Source: a virus (taxonomy: Duplodnaviria > Caudoviricetes). Taken from it: DNA of 24,075 bases. The stretch spans positions 1-24,075 of the IMG/VR virus record IMGVR_UViG_3300049194_000074; one strand, given 5' to 3'. The translations under genes and the position numbers were made by a program. Positions 7,961-16,125 of this stretch are shown here, piece by piece. The stretch's first letter is position 1; each line of letters starts with the position of its first letter. A model generated the notes under the pieces. It did not search any database. It was given only the letters and a program-made list of their open reading frames with translations, and was not told where the DNA came from.

Positions 7961-9037
7961 TCAGATCGTGCGGACGCGGGCCTTGCGCCCGTGCGTGCGG
8001 TACATCTGGTCCCGGAAGTCGACCAGCGCCTCGACCGTCGCGGCCCGCTTCGCGGTACCACCGAAGATCGACGAGGCGGACATGGTGCGGAACCAGCCGG
8101 TCTGCTCCTGCATCAGCTGGTGAATCGCTTCGGCGTTGACGTACTGCCGCACCACCGGCGGCACCTGCCACACCTGCACGCTCGCCCCGCTGTTGTGCGT
8201 CGCGGCCGTCGACCCGAGCGCACCCCGCTGCACGGTGAGCGTGCGGGGGGCGTAAATGTCGACACCGGCCGCGTGCGCGGCCATCGTCGAGCCCTCGAAG
8301 GCCCGCTCCACCACAAGGGTGTTGCCGGTGATCTCCTCGATCAGCATCCGCTCGGACTCGATCAGAATGACCTCGTCCACCGAGAACTGCGTCCCGTCCG
8401 TGACCGTCAGCGCCTGCGCGTTCTTGTTCGCCGTCAGCCCCGCACCGCCCACGTTCTGGCCGGTGTCGAGCTGAGCCCGGTCGGTGACCAGCATCCGCTC
8501 CGAGTCGATCTTCAGGATCGACCCCACACCGACCTCGGCGGACACCGCCGCCGACACATCGACCCCCGTCTCGGACGCGTCCAGCGCCTCGGTCGTCACC
8601 CCGGCCGTGATGTGGTCGTCGTGGATCCCCCACACACCGGTGATGCTGACGTCCCGCTGATGCGTGTCCCCGCCGCCCAGGCTCGCGCTGGAGGAGGTGA
8701 CGACCTCCAGCCGGTTGTACGGCGGCCCCGACCGGTTCGGCTCCAAGTTGTAGTCCGAGGAGGCGATCGTCACCCCACCGGAGGTGACGCTGCTCGCCGA
8801 CACCAGCACCTGATCGTCGAGCCACAGCCGCCACGCGACCGCGCCCTGATTGTTCGGCCAGTCGAAATACTTCGTCGCGACCCTCGGATACATCACCATG
8901 TGCACCAGCGCCTCCGCGTTACGCGACGCCGACGCGATACACCGGTCGATGTTCCGGTTGTTCTTCGGAACCTCACCCTGGTCCAAGGACCGCTTCAGGA
9001 TCTCCCGAGTGCTGTAGACGGGAACAGTGATAGCCAT
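7961..9037 (-). CDS. Head-tail adaptor with inserted repeated beta domains (358 aa)
   Basis: N-terminal YSTREILKRSL...IASASRNAE and C-terminal VPPVVRQ...A helices match gp6/gp15-like adaptors; the middle carries two IxSERML repeats. Confidence 0.7.
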   Translation of the reverse strand: MAITVPVYSTREILKRSLDQGEVPKNNRNIDRCIASASRNAEALVHMVMYPRVATKYFDWPNNQGAVAWRLWLDDQVLVSASSVTSGGVTIASSDYNLEPNRSGPPYNRLEVVTSSSASLGGGDTHQRDVSITGVWGIHDDHITAGVTTEALDASETGVDVSAAVSAEVGVGSILKIDSERMLVTDRAQLDTGQNVGGAGLTANKNAQALTVTDGTQFSVDEVILIESERMLIEEITGNTLVVERAFEGSTMAAHAAGVDIYAPRTLTVQRGALGSTAATHNSGASVQVWQVPPVVRQYVNAEAIHQLMQEQTGWFRTMSASSIFGGTAKRAATVEALVDFRDQMYRTHGRKARVRTI

Positions 9038-9052
9038 CTACACCCCTCCGCC

Positions 9053-9232
9053 TCAGATGATCCGGCCGTCTCGCGGCCACTCGTAATTGCCCAGCGGGCA
9101 GTGCAGAACCCCACGGCCACCCGCGTCCAGCGGCTCCCCGTCCAAGGGGCACGCCACCGGCGGAGTCAGCCGCTCGTCCCGCGCATAGAAAGCCGCCTCG
9201 TCACGGATACTGAGCAGCTGCTCCCAGGCCAT
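9053..9232 (-). CDS. Small Zn-ribbon-like protein (59 aa; not in the ORF track)
   Basis: MAWEQLLSIRDEAAFYARDERLTPPVACPLDGEPLDAGGRGVLHCPLGNYEWPRDGRII; GGAG upstream; fills the gap between neighbours exactly. Confidence 0.75.
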   Translation of the reverse strand: MAWEQLLSIRDEAAFYARDERLTPPVACPLDGEPLDAGGRGVLHCPLGNYEWPRDGRII

Positions 9233-9235
9233 GGC

Positions 9236-9856
9236 CTACTCCGCGTCGGCCGCGCGCAGCCGCTCCGCGATCTGCGCCTTGCTGCCGTAGGAGGCGACGC
9301 CACGGGCATCGGCCGCCTCACGCAGCTCGGCCAGGGACATCCCCGCGTACGGGTCCGGCTCCGCCGCCTCAGCGGTCTCGCCCTCGCCGTCGTCGTCCTT
9401 GGCCCGGAGCACCTGATCACCGAACGGGGGCGACACCGTCTCCGGGCCCGGCTCGCCGGTGAAAGTGGGGTGCCCCTGACCGGCCTCGGCTCCGGCCAGG
9501 GGCTGACTCGCGAGGGCGTCCGGGGAGGATTCCGCCTGCTCACGAGCGTTCGTAGCACCGCCATGGACGGTGATCTTCGGGGACATGTCATCCTCCACAG
9601 GGGGCCAGGGAACCTGCACCTGGCTACCGCACGAGGCGCAGAAGAGATCAGGAAGCTGCACCAGACCAGGCAGCGGACCGGACAGCCGAAGCGTCCACGG
9701 CCCGCGCCCGCAGGTGCAGGAGACAGTGGTGAAGGACGGGAGCCGCCGCGAAACGGTGACCCCGTCCTCCAGGTACTCGGTGCTGCCGCAGTGAGGGCAC
9801 ACATCGAGGCCGACAGCGAAACGCGTCGTACACCCGACGCACGTCAACATGCTCAT
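9236..9856 (-). CDS. Double Zn-ribbon protein with a C-terminal SAP/Rho-N-like helix-extension-helix (206 aa)
   Basis: CVGC..CPHC and CTC..CASC motifs, an acidic Pro-rich linker, and C-terminal YAGMSLAELREAADARGVASYGSKAQIAERL; ATG at 9856 after GGAG. Confidence 0.75.
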   Translation of the reverse strand: MSMLTCVGCTTRFAVGLDVCPHCGSTEYLEDGVTVSRRLPSFTTVSCTCGRGPWTLRLSGPLPGLVQLPDLFCASCGSQVQVPWPPVEDDMSPKITVHGGATNAREQAESSPDALASQPLAGAEAGQGHPTFTGEPGPETVSPPFGDQVLRAKDDDGEGETAEAAEPDPYAGMSLAELREAADARGVASYGSKAQIAERLRAADAE

Positions 9857-9869
9857 GGCATCTCCGAGG

Positions 9870-10328
9870 TCAGGCCGCCGCCACGGACGCACCCGTGTCC
9901 AGCGGCCAATAGGAAAGGGTCCACTTCACCGAGCCGGAATTGGACGCGGCGCAGTCCAGCAGGACCGAGCCCGGCTTGAGCACGATCGGCTCAGCCAGCA
10001 CCTTGCTCGACGGCAGGAAGTTCAGCGCGTCCTGCATCGCAGTCGCCGGAGTACCGGTGATCGAATACATCGTGCCGACGGCGTCGGCGGTGATGTCGAG
10101 CACCGCGCACAGATCCTGCGTCGCACCGGCGGCGGTCGGATCGAACGTCAACTTCGTGTTGTTGGCCTGGGTCTGGATGACCGTGGTCACTTCGCCGATG
10201 ATCGACGTCACGATGACCCGGCCGGTCGAGACGGTGAAGAGAGCGGACGCCGCCGTCTGAGGCAACGCCGCCGTCGCCCTCTCCACCACCCGACCCCAAG
10301 AGCCAGCGCCCTTGAGGATCACCGACAT
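9870..10328 (-). CDS. Putative virion decoration / minor head protein (152 aa)
   Basis: Beta-rich Thr/Ala composition; downstream of the capsid gene; paralog of 10330..10794. Confidence 0.6.
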   Translation of the reverse strand: MSVILKGAGSWGRVVERATAALPQTAASALFTVSTGRVIVTSIIGEVTTVIQTQANNTKLTFDPTAAGATQDLCAVLDITADAVGTMYSITGTPATAMQDALNFLPSSKVLAEPIVLKPGSVLLDCAASNSGSVKWTLSYWPLDTGASVAAA

Positions 10329-10329
10329 G

Positions 10330-10794
10330 TCAGGAAGCCACCAACGTCGCGCCCGTGGTCAGCGGAACCCACGTGCAGTAGAAGGTCAGCTCACCGTCGA
10401 TCGTGCCCGTACCGGTCTGCACCAGCTCGATCGCCCCGGTCGTCACGACCAGCCCGCACAGCGCCCGTCCGCCCTTGCGGAAGTCCGGGGTCGTGGTGGA
10501 CTCGTCGACCACACCGATGGTCGTACCCGCCGCCGTGTCCGTGGTACCGAGGTCGGTAGCCGCGACCACGGTGACGGTGTCACCCGTGGTGGGGTTGGTC
10601 TGAAGAGCCAGCGTGTTCGCGCCCGCCATGGTCGTGGTGCACACCGCCCACAGAGCGGTCACCAGCACCTCACCACCGGCCACGGTGAACAGCGAGTCGG
10701 TCGTGGCGTCGGCCAGCGTGCCGGTCGCCTTGGAGACAGGGCCATTACCCAGCACCAGCTGCTTGAGCTGGGCGCCCTGAAGAATGGTAGACAT
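10330..10794 (-). CDS. Putative virion decoration / minor head protein (154 aa)
   Basis: Beta-rich Thr/Gly composition; shares MSxILxGA, LFTVxxGxVxVT and PLxTGA with the next gene. Confidence 0.6.
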   Translation of the reverse strand: MSTILQGAQLKQLVLGNGPVSKATGTLADATTDSLFTVAGGEVLVTALWAVCTTTMAGANTLALQTNPTTGDTVTVVAATDLGTTDTAAGTTIGVVDESTTTPDFRKGGRALCGLVVTTGAIELVQTGTGTIDGELTFYCTWVPLTTGATLVAS

Positions 10795-10810
10795 CTGTCA
10801 GGACCCCCTA

Positions 10811-11323
10811 TCAGGCGTTGAGGTTGGCCAGGTTCGTCGGCTTGCGCATGACCATCAGGTCGTGCGCCACGTTCAGGATCGCGACGTGCTTCGTCCCGTT
10901 GGTGCCCAGGTCGGGAACGTTCAGCGACACCCACTCGAAGCCGTCGGAGAGCTGCTCGGCACGCACCTCGACGACCACGAGGGTCTCCTGCGACGCGGCA
11001 CCGATGTTGGTGATCTCCGACGCGGCGGACTGAGACCACTCGGTCCACGTCTCGTCGCCGTCGAGAGTCGTCTCCGACTGGTAGTACGCCTTGGTGATGA
11101 TGTCGAGGTCCTGCGAAGTACCGCCAGAAGCCGCGTTGTGCTCCTGGAGGTCGAGGTCGAGGACGTCGGTCGAGGCGCCGGTGGCGACGACGATGAACGA
11201 CACGCCGCCGCAGTCCTTGAGGTGGATCCGGTTGCCGGTGATGGCGCCCGCCACCGCGTCCGTCGGCACCGCGCCGACAGAAACGTTGAACAGACGCCCC
11301 AGCGCGCTTGCGCCAGTGGTCAT
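10811..11323 (-). CDS. Putative capsid decoration / cement protein (170 aa)
   Basis: First gene after the major capsid; strong AAGGAG RBS; beta-sandwich-like pattern. Confidence 0.6.
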   Translation of the reverse strand: MTTGASALGRLFNVSVGAVPTDAVAGAITGNRIHLKDCGGVSFIVVATGASTDVLDLDLQEHNAASGGTSQDLDIITKAYYQSETTLDGDETWTEWSQSAASEITNIGAASQETLVVVEVRAEQLSDGFEWVSLNVPDLGTNGTKHVAILNVAHDLMVMRKPTNLANLNA

Positions 11324-11342
11324 GTCTTACTCCTTCGCTGCC

Positions 11343-11409
11343 GGGGGCGGCGGGGTGTGAATGCCACCGCCCCCACGGCCCTGGCTTGGGTGTGAATGCG
11401 CACCAGGGC
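11343..11409 (-). promoter_or_regulatory. Twin 32-nt hairpins with an identical apical motif GCAUUCACACCC
   Basis: Stems 11343-11374 and 11378-11409 differ in sequence but both pair. The 12-mer at 11353-11364 and 11388-11399 sits in the same register in each. Confidence 0.7.
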
Positions 11410-11437
11410 TGTACTGACCGCCACGCAAAGCGGCATG

Positions 11438-11467
11438 AAAAAACGCCAGCCGGTGAAGGTCTGGCGT
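11438..11467 (-). terminator. Intrinsic terminator after the major capsid gene
   Basis: Minus strand ACGCCAG-accttcaccgg-CTGGCGT followed by TTTTT. Confidence 0.75.
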
Positions 11468-11485
11468 CGTCGGGGCCGTTCAGGC

Positions 11486-12841
11486 TCAGGCGCGGGCCGC
11501 GAGCTGGACGAACGGGGAGAGGGTGTTGGAGCCGGTCTGCGGAGTGATCGCCGACTGGAGCCACGGACGGCCGTCGACCCTCTCAATGAACCTCATGCTC
11601 GTCATGTCGGTCTGGAACCGGTAGTGCGGGCTGGTGTCGGCCTGGATCGCCTGACGGTCACCGATGAGGTAGTGCGACATGTCCGCCAGGACGATGTCGC
11701 CCGCGTCGCCGAGGGTCGGCATCTTCTCGGTGAACAGCACCGGACGGCCCAGGATCCGCATGGGCGGGCCGGAGACGCCGTCGGTCAGCCAGATCGCCGA
11801 GCCGCCCGTGCCGACGCTGAGCGACATCGTCGCCAGCTCCGGGAACGTGTCGAGGTTGGCGATCCAGACCGCGTTGGACAGCGAGGACGGGAGCATCCGG
11901 GAGTACATCTTGACGAGGTTCTCCCAGACGATGGTGTCCGCCGCCTGCCCCGACTCCTTGGTCACGGAGACCATGGCGGGGGAGTTCAGGAAGCCCAGCG
12001 GCTCACCGACACCGGAACCGCCGATGAAGGCGATGTCCTCGAACCACGCGATCGCCTCGGGGAAGATCTCGTTGATCAGCATCTGGAGGCTGATCAGGGA
12101 GTCCGCGAACAGCTCGTTCGGGACTTCCGAGTACGCGGTCAACTTCTTCGCTTCGAGCTTGACCCGGCCGAAGGTCGGGCTGGAGTCCGTGAGGGTTCCC
12201 GCCTCCTCGGTCCAGTACGCCGCCACACCGCCGTAGATGTTGGAGGCGTTGGACGTGGAGTCGATCATCGGGAACGGCAGGGTCAGCGTCTCCATCGGGA
12301 TGACGCGGGCCCGCGACCGGACGACCGCCTTCTCCAGCGCGATGCGCAGCAGCTCCGCCCGCAGGTACTCCGGGATCAGGAAGCCGCCGTCGGCCGGGAC
12401 GTTCGAGCCGAGGCTGTTCATGATCGAGCGGATCTTGTGCTGGGCGTTCTGCGCCTCGGCGGTCCGGCTGCCGTGCCAGATCGCCTTCATGAAGTCGCGG
12501 ACGTCGGGGAACTCGTCGTCCAGGCGGGCGCCCGGAGCGCCGGGGTTGTAGCGGTCGCCCAGGCGGGTCTTGCCGTTGTCCTTCATGGCGAGGTTCAGGC
12601 GCTTGGCGTCGCCCTTGACGTCGAGGGAACCGGAGTCCCGGACGTACTTGGTGATGCCTTCCTGGATGCGGGCCTCGATCTGCGCGTCGAGGTCACCGTT
12701 GGTGGCCTTGTTGAACTGGGCCGCGTAGGACTTCGTGAACTCCATCGCGGTCTGCGGGTTCGCGTAGACCTCCTTGATGAAGGAGGCATCGTTGTGCATC
12801 TCCTCCAGTTCGGAGTCGTTGCGCGGGATGACAGGAGCCAT
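11486..12841 (-). CDS. Major capsid protein, HK97 fold (451 aa)
   Basis: DGGFLIPE, WTEEAG, KKLTAYSEVPNELFADS, GSGVGEPLG, ILGRPV, ERVDGRP; TAATG overlap with the protease stop codon. Confidence 0.96.
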   Translation of the reverse strand: MAPVIPRNDSELEEMHNDASFIKEVYANPQTAMEFTKSYAAQFNKATNGDLDAQIEARIQEGITKYVRDSGSLDVKGDAKRLNLAMKDNGKTRLGDRYNPGAPGARLDDEFPDVRDFMKAIWHGSRTAEAQNAQHKIRSIMNSLGSNVPADGGFLIPEYLRAELLRIALEKAVVRSRARVIPMETLTLPFPMIDSTSNASNIYGGVAAYWTEEAGTLTDSSPTFGRVKLEAKKLTAYSEVPNELFADSLISLQMLINEIFPEAIAWFEDIAFIGGSGVGEPLGFLNSPAMVSVTKESGQAADTIVWENLVKMYSRMLPSSLSNAVWIANLDTFPELATMSLSVGTGGSAIWLTDGVSGPPMRILGRPVLFTEKMPTLGDAGDIVLADMSHYLIGDRQAIQADTSPHYRFQTDMTSMRFIERVDGRPWLQSAITPQTGSNTLSPFVQLAARA

Positions 12842-14037
12842 TACCAGCCCTCCTTGAGCTGAGCGAACACGTCATCCGCGCGGGGCGACGTGGCATGAAA
12901 AAGACCGGCGAACAAGAACTGTTCGTCGGCCTGGTCGTGGGGTCCGGGGGCGGTGCCGTCCGGCGGGGTCTCCTCGGGGGGTTCCTCGTTCACCGGTGTC
13001 GGCGGGCTCTCCTCGGTGGGAGGAGCCGCAGCCAGGGAGTCGTCCGGCTGCGACTCCTCGCCGGTGGCGTTCTCCGCCTCCTCCTCGTCGCCGTCTTCGT
13101 CCTCCTCGTCGCCTTCACCCTTCTTGGGCAGGAACGGGGGAGCGGCGGCGGCGAGCTCGTCGCGGATGAGGGAACGCAGCTTGTTCAGGAAGCCCTCGTC
13201 CTCGTAGTCCGCGCTGAGCTTGACCAGCTCGCTGGGGGCCTCGGTGAGGTTGTTGAGAACCTGCGCCGTCAGCACGCTTCCCGGCATGGGCCCCAGGCCG
13301 CCGTTGGCGAAGGGGATCTGCGGGGCGGGAGCCTGCTCGCGACCGGCATGCCGGTACATCGACAGGTCCCACGTCCGCTGCATCCGCGCCTCGGCCGGTA
13401 CCGGCTCGGCGGCGGGCGCCGTCTGCTTGGCGCGCATGGGCACGACCTCGTCGGCCAGGCCGACCGCGAGGGCTTCCTCGGCGGTGAACCAGGTCTCGGC
13501 GTCCATGTACTGCTGCCAGGCGGCCAGGGAGCCGCCGGTGTGCTGCGCGTACGCCTGGGCGATGTTCAGGGACTGCTTGTCGAGCAGGTCCGCCATCTTC
13601 GTCATCTCAGTGGCGTCCCCGTAGCAGGCCCCGGAAGCGTTATGCACCATAATCTGGCTCTGGGGCATCATCACCAGCCGGTCACCGGCCATGGCGATCA
13701 CCGAGGCGATGGACGCGGCCAGCGAGTCCACATAGACGGTGACGGTGGCCGGGTGGGAGCGGATGGTGTTGGCGATGGCGATGCCGTCGAACACCGAGCC
13801 CCCAGGGCTGTTCAGCCTGAGGTTGATCTTCGAGGTCGTGACCTTGTTGACCTGCTCGATGAAGTCCTCGGCCCACATCCCGAACCAGCCGCCGATGCTG
13901 TCGTAGACGTAGATGTCGGTGGCATCCACATCGTCGTTGTTCTCGATGCGGAACCAGTCCTTGGCGTTCTCCGGGGGCTGCATGCCCGCCGGAGGCTGCG
14001 GAGGGTGGCGCTGCGCCACCAGTTCAATCCAGGACAT
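12841..14037 (-). CDS. ClpP-type (S14) prohead maturation protease with an acidic C-terminal extension (398 aa)
   Basis: NSPGGSVFDG, LAASIASVI (Ser), IMVHNA (His), MDAETWFTAEEA...GLAD; lies between portal and capsid. Confidence 0.93.
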   Translation of the reverse strand: MSWIELVAQRHPPQPPAGMQPPENAKDWFRIENNDDVDATDIYVYDSIGGWFGMWAEDFIEQVNKVTTSKINLRLNSPGGSVFDGIAIANTIRSHPATVTVYVDSLAASIASVIAMAGDRLVMMPQSQIMVHNASGACYGDATEMTKMADLLDKQSLNIAQAYAQHTGGSLAAWQQYMDAETWFTAEEALAVGLADEVVPMRAKQTAPAAEPVPAEARMQRTWDLSMYRHAGREQAPAPQIPFANGGLGPMPGSVLTAQVLNNLTEAPSELVKLSADYEDEGFLNKLRSLIRDELAAAAPPFLPKKGEGDEEDEDGDEEEAENATGEESQPDDSLAAAPPTEESPPTPVNEEPPEETPPDGTAPGPHDQADEQFLFAGLFHATSPRADDVFAQLKEGW

Positions 14038-14311
14038 CAGCGCTGTCCTCCTTCTCTTCAGGGGGCGGTGTCCAGCCGAGCCGTTGCAGAACGTCGGCGA
14101 CGTCGTCGCTGACCTGGACGATCACGCCCTCCAGCACCGCGTCCAGAGGGAACGCGGCGAGGTGGAGCGTCATCCGGTGCTCGCTGCTGGCGTCGACGTC
14201 CAGACGGAGCGAGGTGACGTTGCGGCTGATGTCCTTGCCGTCGATCAGAAGCTGAGCGGTGTTTCCGGACCCGTCGTGCCCGGTGAGCGACACCTGGTGC
14301 CTGCGCGTCAC
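14024..14311 (-). CDS. Hypothetical protein (95 aa)
   Basis: GTGA overlap with the portal stop and overlap with the protease start; AAGGA upstream. Confidence 0.7.
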   Translation of the reverse strand: MTRRHQVSLTGHDGSGNTAQLLIDGKDISRNVTSLRLDVDASSEHRMTLHLAAFPLDAVLEGVIVQVSDDVADVLQRLGWTPPPEEKEDSADVLD

Positions 14312-15678
14312 AGCAGCATCCTTTGCAGCCAGTCCTCGGGGGTTTCCTTCGGTACCGGCTTCTTCTTGGCGGGCTGGTCGTTCGGCCCCTCACGGGGTGC
14401 CGGTTCGTCGGGGTTCTGCTGCTCCGGCGGTCCGCCCTGGGTGACGGGCAGACGCGGCTCGGGCAGCTCGGTCATGTCCGGCAGCCCGCACGCGGAGAGG
14501 ATGTCGGCGGCTTCCCACAAGCCGGTGTCGGCAAGGAACTTCGCCGCCTGCGCCCGGTTCAGCAGCACCTGCGCGGCGATCTCGTCGTCCTCGGGAACGG
14601 GGTTCACGAAGTCGAATTCGAGACCGGCGGCGGAGGGTCCGAACATGGGCAGCAGCTGGGTGTTGAGCACTTCACGGACCCGCATCAGACGCGGCTTGAT
14701 CAGCCAGCGGGCGAGCATGACCTCACCGGCGTAGGCGTTCGCCTTGTTCACGTCGTCCGTCGCGCCGAGCATCGCCTTCGGGAACCCGAAGGCCTCGCGG
14801 ATCGCTTCGCGGGAGGCCTGCTTCAGCTCGACGAACTGCATCTCGTCGAAGGTGTAGCGGCGGTCGACCCACTTCATCCCGGCTTCGAGGATGGCGACGC
14901 GGTGCGCGTTCGCCACGCCCCGGTGGGTCTCCGCCCAGCGGGCCTGGAACTGGTCGAAGTCCTCGTCGGAGATGTTCTGCTCGGCCTCGATCACACCGCC
15001 GGGGGTGGCGCTGTTGAGGAAGAAATTGCGGTTCCACTCCGTCGACAGGTACTGCGCGTCCAGTTCACCCATCAGCGACTGCACCGCGCCCATGCCCCGG
15101 TAGGGGTCCAGCGGGTGCGGGCGCCGCAGGAAGATGACCTCGTCCGTGCGAAGGGGGATCTCCTCCCCGTCGGGGGAGGTGTAGATGTACCCGGCGAGGT
15201 ACTTCGTCGGGTGGGGGACGGGCCGCATCCGGTCGGGGCGGACGAACCACATCTCCACCGGCAGCGGGCCCTGCTTGACGATCACCCAGTACTGCTCGCC
15301 GGTCAGCTCCTCGTGCTGCTGCGCGCTCTCGCGGAACGCGTAGCCGGAGAAGAAGTTGTTGGGCCTGCACCACAGGCTCAGCGCGGGGTGCCGGGTGACC
15401 TCCACCCGGTCGTCCTGCACGGAGGAGGTGCCGTGGTCGTAGCGGCGGCGCCCGTCCTTGGGCACCCGGTACAGCTTCCACTCGACCTGCGAGTACGAGC
15501 CGATGACCCGGTCGACGATCGCGAAGAGCGTCGGGACCTGGGCCACGGCCCGCATCTGCGACTCCATCCCCGCCGTGGGGGTGGTCGCAGGGATCCGGCT
15601 GTAGCGGGCCACATTGCGTGACACATACGGGACGGGAGTCCTGTTACCGAAGACCGGGCCCAGAAACGTGCGTGCCAT
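14308..15678 (-). CDS. Portal protein, HK97 family (456 aa)
   Basis: ATG at 15678 after GGAGG; HPAL..L..PN, RPDRM, DPYRGMG, NFFLNSATPGGVI, ILEAGMKW, EMQFVE, AFGFP. Confidence 0.95.
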   Translation of the reverse strand: MARTFLGPVFGNRTPVPYVSRNVARYSRIPATTPTAGMESQMRAVAQVPTLFAIVDRVIGSYSQVEWKLYRVPKDGRRRYDHGTSSVQDDRVEVTRHPALSLWCRPNNFFSGYAFRESAQQHEELTGEQYWVIVKQGPLPVEMWFVRPDRMRPVPHPTKYLAGYIYTSPDGEEIPLRTDEVIFLRRPHPLDPYRGMGAVQSLMGELDAQYLSTEWNRNFFLNSATPGGVIEAEQNISDEDFDQFQARWAETHRGVANAHRVAILEAGMKWVDRRYTFDEMQFVELKQASREAIREAFGFPKAMLGATDDVNKANAYAGEVMLARWLIKPRLMRVREVLNTQLLPMFGPSAAGLEFDFVNPVPEDDEIAAQVLLNRAQAAKFLADTGLWEAADILSACGLPDMTELPEPRLPVTQGGPPEQQNPDEPAPREGPNDQPAKKKPVPKETPEDWLQRMLL

Positions 15679-15804
15679 GGGCCCTCCGTCTTCAATTCGA
15701 AAGAAGCCGCCCGACGGGCGTCTAAGAATCCACGGCCACACCGGTGGCGCATAATGGAAACGACCAGCAAGGAGACCGCTTTGACGATCACCGGAGGCTG
15801 CCTG

Positions 15805-16122
15805 ATGGCCGACCCCGCCGACACGCCACCACAGCGCCAAGAACACCAAGGCACCCTCGCCGACCTGCGCAAGCGCGCAGGCATCACCCAGGCGCAAGTC
15901 GCACAAGCCATGAACATCAGCCGCGTCCAGGTCAGCCGCATCGAGGCCCGGTTCCCCGGCGTGCCCCTCGTCAGCGCCCTCGCCTACCTCAAGGCCATCG
16001 GAGCCGAGGACGTCGTCCTCAGCCACCCACTCCTCGGCGAGATCCCGATCACCGACGTCTCACCCGACCCGGCCCGGCAAGAGGCCCTCGAACGCCGCCG
16101 CGCCAGCATGAAGAATCTGTAG
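15805..16122 (+). CDS. XRE-family helix-turn-helix protein (105 aa), opposite orientation to the late genes
   Basis: LADLRKRAGITQAQVAQAMNISRVQVSRIE; GGAGG before ATG 15805 (alternative in-frame TTG at 15781 after AAGGAG). Confidence 0.85.
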   Translation: MADPADTPPQRQEHQGTLADLRKRAGITQAQVAQAMNISRVQVSRIEARFPGVPLVSALAYLKAIGAEDVVLSHPLLGEIPITDVSPDPARQEALERRRASMKNL

Positions 16123-16125
16123 CCG

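Noticed and set aside
5267-9037. Contractile injection system or tailocin suggested by two tube genes
   Set aside because: No sheath or baseplate genes are seen, and a full head and packaging module is present.
11353-11399. 12-bp direct repeats as a mini-CRISPR
   Set aside because: Only two copies, too short, the intervening sequence forms stems, and no cas genes are present.
14308-16026. 572-aa version of the portal
   Set aside because: The extension is the antisense of the XRE gene; the GGAGG-ATG at 15678 gives a normal-length portal.
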